Of a stretch of 64,000 nt of DNA, positions 49,909 through 61,186 are shown piece by piece. The translations under genes and the position numbers were made by a program. The DNA is from an uncultured Actinomycetota bacterium (lineage in GTDB: Bacteria; Actinomycetota; Acidimicrobiia; Spongiisociales; UBA5794). The stretch lies in contig CAWEEG010000002.1 of the NCBI GenBank assembly GCA_963808015.1, positions 1,114-65,113 on the forward strand. Direction: 5' to 3'. Position 1 is the stretch's first letter. Every line of letters begins with the position of its first letter. Below the pieces are notes generated by a model. It was not told the origin of the DNA. It saw only the letters and a program-made list of their open reading frames with translations, and did no database searches.

Positions 49909-50174
49909 TCAGGAGAGGGTCGAGCGAACCCGTAGGGTGAGGCGTGACTTGCGCCGCGCCGCCGTCTTCGCATGGAGAACGCCCTTCGACGCCGCCATGT
50001 CGATGCGCTTCTGAGCTTCGCGCAAGAGCGCTTCCGCCTCGGCAGCATCCCCGGCTTCAGCGGCCTCGATGACGTGCTTCTCCGCGTCTTCAGTTCTGAG
50101 CGGAACGACTTGTTGCGTGCATACCGCGTGACGTTCTGGCGGTTGCGCTTCTTCTGAGACTTGATGTTGGCCAT
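49909..50174 (-). CDS. rpsT: 30S ribosomal protein S20, frameshifted
   Basis: [14 protein letters not shown]...; [19 protein letters not shown]. Confidence 0.95.
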
Positions 50175-50271
50175 GCTGGACGAACCTCGTGAGGTGGTGG
50201 GGACGAGCCGTAACGATAACAGGAGAACCGCTCAACGGTACACTGAGATACCCCGCTCCCGGATCGATCCT

Positions 50272-52074
50272 ATGACCGCGCTTTCGCGCATTCGCAACTT
50301 CTCCATCATCGCGCACATCGACCACGGCAAGTCGACGCTGGCCGACCGCCTGCTCGAACGCACGGGCGCGATCTCCGAGCGCGACATGCGAGAGCAAGTG
50401 CTCGACGACATGGACCTCGAGCGCGAACGCGGGATCACGATCAAAGCCAATGCCGTCCGGATCGACTACGCGGCCGATTCCGGTGTTTCATATCAGCTGA
50501 ATCTGATCGACACCCCGGGGCATGTGGACTTCTCGTACGAGGTGTCGCGAAGCCTCGAAGCGTGTGAGGGTGCAGTCCTCGTGGTCGACGCCTCCCAAGG
50601 GGTTGAGGCTCAGACACTCGCGAACGCCTACCTCGCCATTGAAGAGGGGCTGGAGATCATCCCGGTCGTGAACAAGATCGACCTGCCGGCTGCCGACCCC
50701 GATCGAGCCGCCGAAGAGCTCGCAGGAGTGTTGGGAGGGACCGCGGACGAAGTCATTCGGGTCTCGGCCAAGACCGGTTCCGGAATCAACGAACTGCTCG
50801 AGGCCATCGTTGATCGACTGCCGCCGCCGGGAGGCGATGAACGGGCGCCGCTGCGAGCCCTGGTGTTCGACTCGTTCTACGACACGTACCGCGGTGTGGT
50901 CAGCTCGGTACGGATCGTCGACGGGAGCATGTCGCGACGCGACGGCGTCCACTTCATGGCAACTTCGCTCGATGTTGAAGCTGCCGAGCTTGGGATCAGG
51001 CGACCGGCGCTCGAAGTGGTGGATCGCCTCGCCACGGGTGAAGTTGGGTACCTCATCACCGGTGTGAAGGAGATCGACCTTATTCGTGTCGGCGACACCG
51101 TCACTCACACCGCGACGCCAACCGATCAGGCGCTGCCCGGCTACCTCGAGCCCAAGCCGATGGTGTTCTCCGGACTCTTCCCCACCGACGGCGATGAGTT
51201 TGAGCGGCTCCGCGAGGCGCTCGACAAACTCCGGCTCAATGATTCGTCCCTGGTCTTCCAGGCTGAAACGAGCCGGGCTCTCGGTTTCGGGTTCCGTGTC
51301 GGCTTCCTCGGTCTCCTGCACATGGAGATCGTCCGGGAGCGACTCGAGCGCGAATACGATCTCGATCTCGTTGCGACGGCGCCTTCCGTCGCCTACGTTG
51401 CCAACCTCGCCTCCGGTGAGCAGGTGGCCGTTCGCAGCCCACAGGATCTGCCGGACGTCGGTTCGCTGGTCTCGATCGAAGAACCGTATGTGAAGGTGAT
51501 GATCATCACGCCCTCCGAGTACATCGGGACCGTGATGGATCTCGTCCAGCAGCGGCGTGGGGAGATGGGGGAGATGACGTACCTCTCACCTGAACGAGCC
51601 GAGTTGCACTACCGCATCCCCCTTGCAGAGATCGTCTTCGACTTCTTCGACCAGCTCAAGACACGGACCCGGGGGTACGCGTCGCTCGACTACGAGCCCG
51701 ACAGCTACCAGGTGTCGGACCTCGTTCGCGTCAACATCTTGCTGAACGGCATTCCCGTCGACGCGTTCTCGACCATCGTGCACCGAGACAAGGCCTATCC
51801 CTATGGAAAGGCCATGGTTGGCCGGCTCCGGGAGCTCATCCCTCGCCAGCTCTTCGACGTTCCGATTCAGGCGGCGATCGGCACACGGATCATCTCCAGA
51901 GAGACGATCAAGGCACAACGCAAGGACGTCACCGCGAAGTGCTACGGCGGCGACATAACCCGCAAGCGCAAGCTCCTCGAGCGTCAAAAGGAAGGCAAAC
52001 GCCGCATGAAGATGGTCGGCCAAGTCGAAGTCCCCCAAGAAGCCTTCGTAGCCGCCCTGAAACTAGAAACGTGA
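50272..52074 (+). CDS. lepA: Translation elongation factor 4
   Basis: [20 protein letters not shown]; [21 protein letters not shown]. Confidence 0.98.
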   Translation: MTALSRIRNFSIIAHIDHGKSTLADRLLERTGAISERDMREQVLDDMDLERERGITIKANAVRIDYAADSGVSYQLNLIDTPGHVDFSYEVSRSLEACEGAVLVVDASQGVEAQTLANAYLAIEEGLEIIPVVNKIDLPAADPDRAAEELAGVLGGTADEVIRVSAKTGSGINELLEAIVDRLPPPGGDERAPLRALVFDSFYDTYRGVVSSVRIVDGSMSRRDGVHFMATSLDVEAAELGIRRPALEVVDRLATGEVGYLITGVKEIDLIRVGDTVTHTATPTDQALPGYLEPKPMVFSGLFPTDGDEFERLREALDKLRLNDSSLVFQAETSRALGFGFRVGFLGLLHMEIVRERLEREYDLDLVATAPSVAYVANLASGEQVAVRSPQDLPDVGSLVSIEEPYVKVMIITPSEYIGTVMDLVQQRRGEMGEMTYLSPERAELHYRIPLAEIVFDFFDQLKTRTRGYASLDYEPDSYQVSDLVRVNILLNGIPVDAFSTIVHRDKAYPYGKAMVGRLRELIPRQLFDVPIQAAIGTRIISRETIKAQRKDVTAKCYGGDITRKRKLLERQKEGKRRMKMVGQVEVPQEAFVAALKLET

Positions 52075-52200
52075 CGCCGGACCGAACCTGAAGCTGTGGA
52101 GCGGAGCAGATCGTGAGCGGCACGGAATACGGACTACGGACTACGGACTACAGCGCGAAGCGCTCGAACGACGGACTACGGACTACGGACTACCGCGCGC

Positions 52201-53365
52201 AGCGCCCCGGACTCGGCTGCGCTCGCCGAGACCGCCGCCTCCTGGCGCTCGGCCTACGTCCATATACCGTTCTGTGCTCGGCGGTGTCCGTATTGCGATT
52301 TTGCGGTGGTGGCGGCGGACGAACCGGGTGGGGCCGAGATCGAGCGATACGTGGATGCGCTTGTTGCCGAAGTCGGTATGGAGCCTGATCCGTTTCCCGT
52401 GGATGCCGTCAACCTTGGCGGGGGAACGCCAACCCGAATCCCGCCTTCGCATCTCAGCCGAATCCTCGACGAGATCGGTACATGCCTCGGCATCGCCGAC
52501 GACGCCGAGATCAGCGTCGAAGCGAACCCAGAGGACTGGACCGACGACCGTGCTCGCGAACTGAGGAGTATTGGATTCAACCGGGTCTCGTTCGGAGTCC
52601 AATCGCTCGATCCAGTCGTTCTCCTGGCACTGGGCAGAGCCCACTCGCCGGACGAGGCGACCAGGGCGATCATCGCTTCCAAGTCGGCCGGGTTCGAGGC
52701 CATCAGCGTCGACCTCATCTACGGAACACCGGAGGAATCGGATGCATCGTGGCGCCGTACCGTCGACGGCGTGCTTGCTCTCGAGCCGAACCATCTGTCG
52801 GCGTACGCTCTCACCGTCGAGGGTGGGACGGCGCTCAGTCGCTCGATCATGGCAGGTGCACCCGCACCCGACCCCGACCAGCAGGCCGATCGGTTCGAGT
52901 ATGTGAACGCCGCCGCCGGTGACGCCGGTCTCATCCGCTATGAGGTCTCGAACTGGGCTCGCGCCGGGCATGCCTGTCGGTACAACCTCTCAACGTGGAT
53001 GATGGGCGAGTACGCCGCATTTGGAACCGGGGCCCACGACCATCGATTCGGAGTGCGGTCGCGTAACATCCGCCGTCTCGACGCCTACCTGGCACGGATT
53101 GAAGAGGGGGAGCGTGCCCGATCGGGGAGAGAACAGCTCGACGACTTCGAATCTGAGCGCGAGCGTTTCATGGTGGGCCTCCGTCTTGCGGCCGGGGTCG
53201 AGCCGGGATCGATCGGGCGCCCGTTCCTCGCCTCTGAGGAGGGCAGTGCGGCTGACCGATGCCGAGGTCGTTGGATTGCGTGATGGCCGAGTCGTCGTGC
53301 TGCGACCACTCCTCACCGATCTCGTAGCGCGAGCCGTCCTGTCAGTCTCGCCCGACGACTGCTAA
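52201..53365 (+). CDS. hemW: Radical SAM heme chaperone HemW (start uncertain, 3' frameshift)
   Basis: YVHIPFCARRCPYCDF read upstream in frame; GGGTP, EANP, DLIYGTP, YEVSNW. Confidence 0.92.
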
Positions 53366-53371
53366 CTTTCG

Positions 53372-54368
53372 ATGATGATCGACGATCGAAAGGCTCGCGT
53401 CCTCCAAGCGCTCGTCGAGGAGTACATCCGCACCGGTGAACCGGTGAGTTCGCATGCAATCCTCGAACGCAGCGCACTCGACGTGTCATCGGCGACCATC
53501 CGCAACGAACTGGCCAGGCTCGAATCGTACGGCTTCGTGGCCCAGCCTCACACATCCGCGGGTCGTATCCCGACGCACCAGGGCTACCGCTACTACGTTG
53601 ACCATTGCTCGCCCGCCCGGCTGCGCTCGGCGACCCACCACCGAATCCGCTCGTTTTTCGCTCGATGTGCACCGTGAAGTGTCGAAACTGCTGAAGGAGA
53701 CCTCCGGCCTCGTCTCCGATATAACGCAACTCCCAGCCGTGGTGATTGAACCCCAGGCTGATGTCAGCCGAATCCATGCCGTCCACCTGGTCCGCCTCGG
53801 TTCGACGGCGGTGCTTGTCGTCACGATTGCCGAAACCGGCCAGGTGACCCAACACGTCGTGACGCTCGGTTTCGAGCCGACTGAGGAGCAACTCGACGAA
53901 GCAGAGCGAGTGATCGAAGGTGTCTACGCCGGGCGTGACCGTGATGAGGCCAGTGCGGATCAGCGTCTCAGCAGCGGCGACCTACCCGACCTCGTACGGC
54001 GGATTATCGACCCGGTGCACCAAGAGATCCAACACGCGGAGACCACCGCACCGCAACTCTTCGTCGGAGGAACGAGTCAACTCGCGGGCCTTTGGGCGGA
54101 TCTCGCAATCGTGCACCGAATGCTCGACCTCCTCGAGCGAGATAGCGACGTTCACGCAATCCTCGGTGATCCGGCCGACGGCACAACCGTCCGGATCGGT
54201 GACGAGATCGGCGACACCCTCGACCTTTCGGTCGTGAGCACACCGTTCGGTCCGCGGGGGTCTGGAAGAGTCGGAGTGCTCGGTCCCATGCGTATGGACT
54301 ACCGGCGCTCGATTCGGGTCGTCGAGGAGATCGGTGAGAACCTCGAAGAACGCCTCGGCGCTGAGTGA
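53372..54368 (+). CDS. hrcA: Heat-inducible transcription repressor HrcA, frameshifted
   Basis: VSSATIRNE, PHTSAGRIPT..GYRYYVD, GVLGPMRMDY. Confidence 0.95.
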
Positions 54369-55441
54369 TGAAGGACTACTACCAAACTCTGGGCGTCGAA
54401 CGGGATGCCACGGCGGAGGAGATCAAGAACGCCTTCCGTCGTCTCGCCCGCGAGACCCATCCGGATGCGAATCCGGATGATCCATCGGCTGAGGCCCGTT
54501 TTCGCGATATCGCCGAGGCCTACGAGGTGCTGTCCGATCCTCAGCGGAAGGCCCGCTACGACCACGGAGAAGCCTTCGGAGGCGGAGACCTCTTTTCCCA
54601 GTTCGGTGGCCTCGACGACATCTTGCAGCAGTTCTTCGGCGGCGGTTTCGGCGGTCGCCGTGCCGGACCCCGACGAGGTCCGGACATCGGTGCGTCGGTC
54701 TCGTTGACCCTTGAGGAAGCAGCGATCGAATCAAGTCGGGAGATTGAGTTTCGTGCACCGGGAACGTGCGACCGTTGTGACGGCCTCGGCTCCGAGCCGG
54801 GTCACGATCCTGTCACATGCCCCGCATGCCGCGGAGCCGGCAGCGTGCAAGTCGCTCGTGACTCGTTTCTCGGGAGGATCATGACGGTGGCTCCGTGCGC
54901 CCAGTGCGGGGGCAAGGGTCAGACCATCGAACATCGGTGCACGAACTGCGAGGGTGACGGTCTTGTCTCGGTGGAGAGGAACGTCCCCGTCGAGGTGCCG
55001 CCCGGCGTCGAGGACGGAACCCGGCTCCGCCTGTCCGGCCGAGGTGGCGCGGGGGAGCGTGGTGCCCCCCCTGGTGACCTCTACGTCGAGATTCACGTCG
55101 ACGAAGACGAACGGTTCCAGCGGGCCGGCGATGACCTGCATCATCGCGTCGACATCGGGATCAGCGAGGCAGTGTTCGGTACGACGGTTGAGGTTCCCGT
55201 CATCGACGCGGAACCCGAGACCGTAGACATTCCGCCGGGGACGCAGCCCGAGACGGTCTACCGCCTGAACAAGAAAGGTATGCCGCGTCTCCGGCGCCGA
55301 GGTCGGGGTGACATGCTCGTTCATATTGGGGTTGAGATTCCGGTCGACCTGACGGAAGAGCAATCCGAGGTTCTTCGTTCCTACGGGGAGTTGCGCGACG
55401 AACAGCCCGCTGAACGCAAACGGGGCCTGTTCCGGCGCTGA
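54368..55441 (+). CDS. dnaJ: Chaperone DnaJ
   Basis: J domain HPD, G/F region, four CxxCxGxG repeats. Confidence 0.97.
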   Translation: MKDYYQTLGVERDATAEEIKNAFRRLARETHPDANPDDPSAEARFRDIAEAYEVLSDPQRKARYDHGEAFGGGDLFSQFGGLDDILQQFFGGGFGGRRAGPRRGPDIGASVSLTLEEAAIESSREIEFRAPGTCDRCDGLGSEPGHDPVTCPACRGAGSVQVARDSFLGRIMTVAPCAQCGGKGQTIEHRCTNCEGDGLVSVERNVPVEVPPGVEDGTRLRLSGRGGAGERGAPPGDLYVEIHVDEDERFQRAGDDLHHRVDIGISEAVFGTTVEVPVIDAEPETVDIPPGTQPETVYRLNKKGMPRLRRRGRGDMLVHIGVEIPVDLTEEQSEVLRSYGELRDEQPAERKRGLFRR

Positions 55442-55631
55442 GCGGACGAGGCGCGACACATCACAGGATCTGGGTCGACGTGCAGCGAATCCAACCAGTT
55501 CCATTGATCGATGCCGGGCTCCTTGGACGTGCAGGCGAGATTGGCCCTTGCGGGCGAGGACCCAAGGGGCGTAGACTGCCCACGCAGAGCGTTTGGGGCG
55601 TTGCTCTGGGTATCGGCGGGAGAGGTTGAAC

Positions 55632-56096
55632 GTGTCGTATAACGAACGAGTGGGGGAGCGCCTCCGGTCGATCAGGCGTCAGCGGGGGTTTTCGCTTCAG
55701 GACGTGCAACGCGTCTCGGAAGGTGAATTCAAGGCAGCCGTACTCGGCGCCTACGAACGCGGCGAGCGCAGCCTCTCGGTTCCTCGGCTTCATCGACTGG
55801 CCTCCTACTACGGCGTTCCTGTGGTCCAGTTGCTTCCACCCGAACCCGCAGCGATGGTGGTCGATCCCGAGCGCGAGACGGTCACGATCGATCTCGCACG
55901 GCTTGGAGATCTCGACGGCCCCGAAGGTGGCATGATCGAGCGGTTCCTCGCATCGATCCAGATGGAGCGCCAGGATTTCAACGGCAAAGTCCTCACGGTG
56001 CGGCGCGACGATCTCCGGCAGCTCTCGCGGATGATCGGCGAGAACGAAGAGTTCGCCAACCGCATCGATGAAGTCCGGATCTCGCTCCGTCCCTGA
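55632..56096 (+). CDS. bldD: BldD-like XRE transcriptional regulator
   Basis: LRSIRRQRGFSL...GAYERGER...YGVPV..LLP; C-terminal RQD-FNGKVLTV-RRDD. Confidence 0.85.
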   Translation: MSYNERVGERLRSIRRQRGFSLQDVQRVSEGEFKAAVLGAYERGERSLSVPRLHRLASYYGVPVVQLLPPEPAAMVVDPERETVTIDLARLGDLDGPEGGMIERFLASIQMERQDFNGKVLTVRRDDLRQLSRMIGENEEFANRIDEVRISLRP

Positions 56097-56220
56097 AGCC
56101 GCTCCGCCTCTGGCGGCAATGCGTGGTTCGATGGCTTGACGGATACCACCGATATACTCATCACTACCCGATGGGCCCAGCTTTCCAGCACACGTTCTAT
56201 GCCGCCGAGGGTGTTCTTCT

Positions 56221-57192
56221 TTGACCAGCAACACCACCACCGACGTTCGCGTTCGCGTCCCGAGCAACCACCTCATGGTCGAGTTGCTGGGTGAACGTGA
56301 CGCGGACCTGAAACGGGTGGAGGAGGCGTTCCCACTGGCGCGAATTGTCGCTCGAGGCAACGAAATCAACATTGCCGGGCCTGAGCACGAGGCCGAAGCA
56401 GCCGGGACCGTCCTCGAAGAACTCCTGATCGTCGTGCAGGAAGGCCAACAGCTTGATGACGATCGCGTCAAACGAGTTATCGACCTCGTTCGACGAGACG
56501 TGCCAAGCCCCTCCGGCGTGTTCACCGAATCAATCGCAGTGGGGCGTGGGCGCCACGTGCGTCCCAAGACATTCGGTCAGAAGCGGTACGTGGATGCGAT
56601 ACGGGACAACACTCTGGTATTCGGCATCGGGCCGGCGGGGACAGGCAAGACCTATCTCGCCATGGCCTGCGCCATCGAGTCCCTGGTCTCCGGGGCCGTG
56701 AAGCGCATCATTCTCAGCCGTCCCGCCGTCGAAGCCGGTGAACGGCTTGGGTTCCTTCCCGGCGATCTGGCCGCCAAGGTGGACCCCTATCTGAGGCCGC
56801 TCTACGACGCTCTGTACGAGATGCTCGGCCCCGAAGAGACCGCACGTCTGATGGAACGCGGCACGATCGAGATCGCTCCGCTCGCCTACATGCGCGGTCG
56901 TACCCTCAACGACGCGTTTGTGGTCCTCGACGAGGCGCAGAACACCACACCCGAGCAAATGAAGATGTTTCTCACGCGACTCGGCTTCAATTCGAAGATG
57001 GTCGTGACCGGAGACATCACCCAAGTCGACCTTTCGGACGGCCGCGGGTCGGGATTGAAGATGGTCGCGGGTGTGCTCGCCGGAATCGAAGGGATCGCCT
57101 TCGAGGAGCTCACGGCTCAGGATGTTGTCCGACATCGCATCGTCGCGGCAATCGTCGAGGCCTACCGCCGATTCGAGGAGAACGGATCGTGA
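56221..57192 (+). CDS. phoH: PhoH-family ATPase
   Basis: GPAGTGKTYLA, RPAVEAGE, LDEAQN. Confidence 0.96.
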   Translation: MTSNTTTDVRVRVPSNHLMVELLGERDADLKRVEEAFPLARIVARGNEINIAGPEHEAEAAGTVLEELLIVVQEGQQLDDDRVKRVIDLVRRDVPSPSGVFTESIAVGRGRHVRPKTFGQKRYVDAIRDNTLVFGIGPAGTGKTYLAMACAIESLVSGAVKRIILSRPAVEAGERLGFLPGDLAAKVDPYLRPLYDALYEMLGPEETARLMERGTIEIAPLAYMRGRTLNDAFVVLDEAQNTTPEQMKMFLTRLGFNSKMVVTGDITQVDLSDGRGSGLKMVAGVLAGIEGIAFEELTAQDVVRHRIVAAIVEAYRRFEENGS

Positions 57193-59561
57193 GGATCAAC
57201 CGCTCTGCGCTGATCAACACCGGCATCCTGTTCATCACGATCATGCTGGTTGCAGTGATCCTCTCAGCCGGGCGGGATCCCGGGGGAACGATCCCAATCG
57301 AGCTTGCAATCGGCGAGCCGGCGCCTGAGACGTTCATTGCCAACCGTTCAACGGATCCGATCGAAGATATCGAGGCAACTGAGGCCCAGCGGGACCGTGC
57401 CAGGGCGTCCGTCGAGACCGTGTACACGGACGACACCGATGCCACGCTTACCGTGCTGCGGGAGGTGAACTCGTTCTTCGTAGATCTCAAGGATGTCGCG
57501 ATCGACGAATCCCTGATCCCTCCCGAAGAGTCGTCAACGACGAGCACAACGGTCGAGCAGACAACGAGTTCGACCCAGCCCGGCGAAACGACGAGTTCAA
57601 CGAGTTCAACGACGACGACAACGACCGAGCCCCCGACGACCACGACGACAACCCTGCCTCGCAGAACGTTGGAGGACCAGATCGACCTGCTGAGCATCGC
57701 TCACCCGACGCTCACCTCGTCTATTCCGTCGTTCGTCGAGCTCTACAACAACGACCTCGATCGAGTTGCGGAAGGTGACGACGCCGTCTTTCCAGCAGTC
57801 GAGCAAAAGAGCCTCGAAACCGTGAACGATGAACTCCAAGCGGGCATCAAGCCATCTGAACTCACCGCACGCCAGGACCTCTACCTCAATCCGTTGACCC
57901 GTCCCCCGCTCTTCGTGGTCGGTTTGCCGATCGAGGAGCAGTCGATGGCCCGCGAGGCGATCGCCCAACTCGTCGGCTTCAGTCTCCAGGCGAATCTCCG
58001 GGCCGACAACGACGCCACTGAAGCACTTCGCGAAGAAGAGGCGGCCGCCGTCGAACCGGTGACCGTCACGTACCGCGCGGGTGACACCATCGTCGAAGTC
58101 GGCGATCCGATCACGGACATCGAGTTCCAGGCGATCCAGCAACTGGGGCTGTACCAGCCGGAGGCGGAAGGCGGAACTCCCCGTACGGCGATCGCGTTGC
58201 TTGGTGTGCTGGCCGTCCTGCTCGCGGCGTTCTTCCTCTGGCGAATCGCACCGGCGCAGTGGACGCAACCCCGACATATGGCGGTCCTCGCGATCCTGTT
58301 GGTGATGTCGGCGCTCATGTCGCGTCTCCCAGAGCTGATCGCAACCGACAACCGGTCCCTCGGGTACCTCCTGCCTGCGGTAGCCATTGGGTTCCTCGCG
58401 GCGATTCTGTTCGACCCGCGTACCGCTGTGGTGCTGGCTATTCCCATGGCAGGGTTCACGGCCGCTTCGACCGGCGACCTCGCGTATACGGTCTACGCAG
58501 GAATTGCGACCGTTGTTCCCGTGGCGTTCGTGTCGCGTGTCTCATCACGGCGGCAGCTGCGCCTGGCCGTTCTTCTGTCGGCCATTACCGTTGCTCCTGT
58601 CGCTGCGACCGTCGAGTGGGTGTTCGGCGACGGGAGTATCGCGATGTCAGCGGTCTGGGCGTTCGTCGGAGCGCTGATTGCCGGCCTGATCTCGCTCGGT
58701 CTCGTCTCGTTCTTCGAAACTGCCTTCGGCATCACGACGTCGCTTGGTCTGCTCGACCTGCTCGATCGAAACCATCCGGCGCTGCGGCTCATCGAAGAGC
58801 AAGCTCCTGGGACGTTCAACCACTCGATGCTGGTCGGGGCGCTCGCCGGGCGGGCCGCACGGGCGATCGACGCCGATCCGCTACTCGCTCAGGCAGCAGC
58901 CTGGTATCACGATCTCGGCAAGGTGGCACTGCCGCAATACTTCGTCGAGAACCAATTCGGGGTCTCGAACCCTCACGACGACCTTCCTGCGGAGGAATCG
59001 GCACAGATCATCCGGTCCCACGTCACCGAAGGCCTCAAGCTTGCCAAGCGCTATCGCCTCCCGGGTGATGTCACGGACGGGATCCGTATGCATCATGGGA
59101 CGAGCCTGATGCGCTACTTCTACCACCAAGCTCTTGAAGCCGATCCCGATGTCGATCCAGAGCTCTTCCGGCACCACGGCCTGAAACCCGTGCAGAAGGA
59201 AGTGGCGATCGTCATGATCTCCGACGCCACGGAAGCCGCTGCTCGGGCCTATTCCCGGACCGAGGATCCGACCGCCTCCGGTCTCAAGAACGTGGTCGAG
59301 ACGGTGGTCACCGAGAAGGTGGACGACGGCCAACTCGACGAGTCACAGTTGACGTTCGGCGACCTGACGCGCATCAAGGCAGAGCTCGTGCGAGCCCTCA
59401 TGGGGTACTACCACGCTCGTGTGCCGTATCCGGGTTTCCCGGGACCGAAGGTGGCTGGGTCAGTCGACGGCGCAAGCGCCGCGGCGCTCCCAACGTCGGC
59501 GACGAGCACGCCTGCCGCAGAACTGGCCGACGACGAGGCTGCCGACGAGGGGGATGGGTGA
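57189..59561 (+). CDS. 7TM-HD family phosphohydrolase (PgpH-like)
   Basis: Extracellular domain, TM segments, APGTFNHS, YHDLGK, HHG, MISDATEA. Confidence 0.9.
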   Translation: MRINRSALINTGILFITIMLVAVILSAGRDPGGTIPIELAIGEPAPETFIANRSTDPIEDIEATEAQRDRARASVETVYTDDTDATLTVLREVNSFFVDLKDVAIDESLIPPEESSTTSTTVEQTTSSTQPGETTSSTSSTTTTTTEPPTTTTTTLPRRTLEDQIDLLSIAHPTLTSSIPSFVELYNNDLDRVAEGDDAVFPAVEQKSLETVNDELQAGIKPSELTARQDLYLNPLTRPPLFVVGLPIEEQSMAREAIAQLVGFSLQANLRADNDATEALREEEAAAVEPVTVTYRAGDTIVEVGDPITDIEFQAIQQLGLYQPEAEGGTPRTAIALLGVLAVLLAAFFLWRIAPAQWTQPRHMAVLAILLVMSALMSRLPELIATDNRSLGYLLPAVAIGFLAAILFDPRTAVVLAIPMAGFTAASTGDLAYTVYAGIATVVPVAFVSRVSSRRQLRLAVLLSAITVAPVAATVEWVFGDGSIAMSAVWAFVGALIAGLISLGLVSFFETAFGITTSLGLLDLLDRNHPALRLIEEQAPGTFNHSMLVGALAGRAARAIDADPLLAQAAAWYHDLGKVALPQYFVENQFGVSNPHDDLPAEESAQIIRSHVTEGLKLAKRYRLPGDVTDGIRMHHGTSLMRYFYHQALEADPDVDPELFRHHGLKPVQKEVAIVMISDATEAAARAYSRTEDPTASGLKNVVETVVTEKVDDGQLDESQLTFGDLTRIKAELVRALMGYYHARVPYPGFPGPKVAGSVDGASAAALPTSATSTPAAELADDEAADEGDG

Positions 59562-60023
59562 ACGTCCTCTTCGCAGACGAGCAGGACCAACCGATCGTCA
59601 CCGACGAGCTGCTGATGTTGGCCGAGCTCGTACTCGACGCCGAGGGCCTCGATGAGGACACCGGCGTCGCTCTCGTACTCATTGATGAACAGCAGATGAC
59701 GGACCTCAACGAAGCGCATATGGGCAAGAGAAGGTCCAACCGATGTGCTGTCGTTCCCCATTGAGACCGCAGTGCCTGGATCACCGCCGGCACGCGCGCC
59801 CGGCGGGCCACCGATCGAGCTCGGCGACGTCTTCATCTCGCCGTCGGTCGTGCGGCGAAACGCCGAACGGCAGGGGGTCCGGTTTGATGATGAGCTTGCG
59901 CTGATGGTGGTGCATGGATTGCTGCATCTCCTCGGGTGGGACCACGAAGACGACGACGATGCGACTCGTATGGAGAGCCGGGAGCGCGAGCTTCTCGCCC
60001 GGATCGGTAGAGTGAGACCGTGA
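59558..60023 (+). CDS. ybeY: rRNA maturation RNase YbeY, frameshifted
   Basis: LGDVFIS, VHGLLHLLGWDH. Confidence 0.93.
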
Positions 60024-61186
60024 TCGCCGCCGCGTTCGCCTTTTCCGCAGTTGTGCTCTTCCTGACCGCGATCGTTCGCGCGGCGGGAGCGACGCTTGTC
60101 CGAACGCCGCGAGCCGACGCGCTCCATGACGCCGGGGAGGGCGACGCCCGCGCAGGTGTTGTCGCCGATCTGCTCGAAGACCGTCTCCGGATCCAGCCGG
60201 CGCTGGGAACAGTGGTCACCACGCTGCTCATCCTCGCCGTGATCCCGGCCTCGTGGGCGCTCTCACGGCTGCTTTCGGGATGGCAGCTTGCCATAGCGTT
60301 TGCCGCGATGACGGTGCTGCTCGTACTGCTCTCCGACCTCATCCCGCGAACCATCGGTCGTTCTCGCCCCCGTTCGTTCGCGTATCGGTTCTCGCGCCTC
60401 CTCGCGATCGCTATTCGGGTCGGCGACGCTGCCAACGACCTCGTTTCGGATGAGGACGACGACGAAGACGACGACGACGACGAAGACGAGGATCGCGAGG
60501 AACGTGAGCTCATCTCCTCGATCATCGAATTCGGTGACACGATTGTCCGTGAGGTCATGGTGCCGCGGACCGACATGGTCACGCTGCCTGCCGCGGCGTC
60601 AACCGACGACGCCGTCGACCTCGTGCTCGAAGCCGGCCGATCACGGATTCCAGTCACCGGAGACAACATCGACGACATCGTTGGTTTGCTCTATGCCCGG
60701 GACCTGCTCACGTTGTACGACCAGGCGGCCCCGCCCCGCCCCGCCCGGGACCTGGCTCACGAGGCCTACTTCGTACCCGAGACGAAGGCGATCTCGGAGC
60801 TGCTGCGTGAAATGCAGGCAAAGCAGAAACACCTCGCCATCGTCGTCGACGAGTTTGGCGGGACCGCCGGTGTCGTCACGATCGAGGACCTGATTGAAGA
60901 GATCGTCGGCGAGATCGTCGATGAATACGACGATGAGGAACCGATGGTCGTGCCGCTCGAGTCTGGCGACTACCTCGTTGATGCTCGACTCGACGTCGAC
61001 GATCTCGCCAACACGCTTGACCTCCGATTCCCCGACGAAGAGTGGGACACGGTCGGAGGCCTCGTTCTCGGCCTTGCCGGACGCGTTCCCGACGTAGGCG
61101 AGTCCTTCGAGTACAACGACGTCATGCTGATCGCAGAAGATGTCCAGGGCCGACGTATTGCCCGTGTCCGGGTGACGCGCCGGTGA
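60020..61186 (+). CDS. HlyC/CorC (CNNM-CBS-CorC) family transporter-associated protein
   Basis: VREVMVPRTDM, SRIPV, IVVDEFGGTAGVVTIEDL. Confidence 0.92.
   Translation: MIAAAFAFSAVVLFLTAIVRAAGATLVRTPRADALHDAGEGDARAGVVADLLEDRLRIQPALGTVVTTLLILAVIPASWALSRLLSGWQLAIAFAAMTVLLVLLSDLIPRTIGRSRPRSFAYRFSRLLAIAIRVGDAANDLVSDEDDDEDDDDDEDEDREERELISSIIEFGDTIVREVMVPRTDMVTLPAAASTDDAVDLVLEAGRSRIPVTGDNIDDIVGLLYARDLLTLYDQAAPPRPARDLAHEAYFVPETKAISELLREMQAKQKHLAIVVDEFGGTAGVVTIEDLIEEIVGEIVDEYDDEEPMVVPLESGDYLVDARLDVDDLANTLDLRFPDEEWDTVGGLVLGLAGRVPDVGESFEYNDVMLIAEDVQGRRIARVRVTRR

Noticed and set aside
49428-50174. RpsT-GreA fusion protein (248-aa ORF)
   Set aside because: A frameshift in rpsT causes read-through. The rpsT C-terminus is in ORF 49909-50397 with its own stop, and greA has its own GTG at 49904.
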